A stretch of 64,000 nt of DNA from an uncultured Collinsella sp. (GTDB taxonomy: Bacteria > Actinomycetota > Coriobacteriia > Coriobacteriales > Coriobacteriaceae): NCBI GenBank assembly GCA_902470915.1, contig CABRIB010000001.1:551-64550 (forward strand). Reading direction: 5' to 3'. A model generated the notes under the pieces. The model searched no databases and was not told where the DNA came from. It saw only the letters and a program-made list of their open reading frames with translations. Position numbers and translations under genes: made by a program. Of the stretch, positions 63,964 to 64,000 are shown piece by piece (the stretch's first letter is position 1; each line of letters begins with the position of its first letter).

Positions 63964-64000
63964 CTGTCTCTTATACACATCTGACGCTGCCGACGCTACT
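63964..64000. other. Sequencing-library adapter (Nextera/Tn5 mosaic end), not genomic
   Basis: CTGTCTCTTATACACATCT followed by GACGCTGCCGACG matches the Nextera transposase adapter read-through. It sits at the very end of the window. Confidence 0.85.

Overview
High-GC actinobacterial chromosome segment. The gene content looks Coriobacteriia/Collinsella-like, but the taxon is inference only. Housekeeping genes (hisS, ppc, serB-like, aspS, glnA plus a GlnR-like regulator, an HtrA-like protease, ligA, moaA, moaC-mobB) are interleaved with five accessory blocks. (1) A lactate-racemase / nickel-pincer cofactor locus: larA and an aquaglyceroporin on the + strand, and larB, larC (N-terminal domain only) and tetR on the - strand. 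(2) feoA-feoA-feoB plus a Cys-rich peptide. (3) A pectin/hexuronate island of about 27 kb (17.5-45.8 kb): lacI, uxaCBA, a GPH symporter, GH28, a CE8-alpha/beta-hydrolase fusion, an SGNH esterase, GH105, a TIM-barrel enzyme, two Fe-S/flavin oxidoreductases, a DhuI/KduD-type pair, kdgK, eda, gntR and a second lacI. A recurrent GTGAACGTTCAC palindrome links its promoters. (4) An MNT/HepT toxin-antitoxin pair with a DinJ-like domain fused to MNT. (5) A merR-MATE-ABC-ABC efflux cluster. No rRNA, tRNA or CRISPR array was seen. The most unusual content is non-coding. It includes two copies of a ~136-nt element with covarying stems, and a long 5'-leader hairpin with a conserved loop and fully compensated stem. 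There are also a 62-bp-period array of alternating 14-mers, eight tandem 10-bp iteron-like repeats in front of an Orc/Cdc6-like ATPase that sits where the 5' half of a gntR gene should be, and a nuclease-like gene bracketed by two 65-bp hairpin repeats. Several palindromic repeat families occur as well. The last ~37 nt match the Nextera transposase adapter, so that end is a library or assembly artifact. Most long antisense ORFs in the track are mirror ORFs of high-GC genes and were not called.
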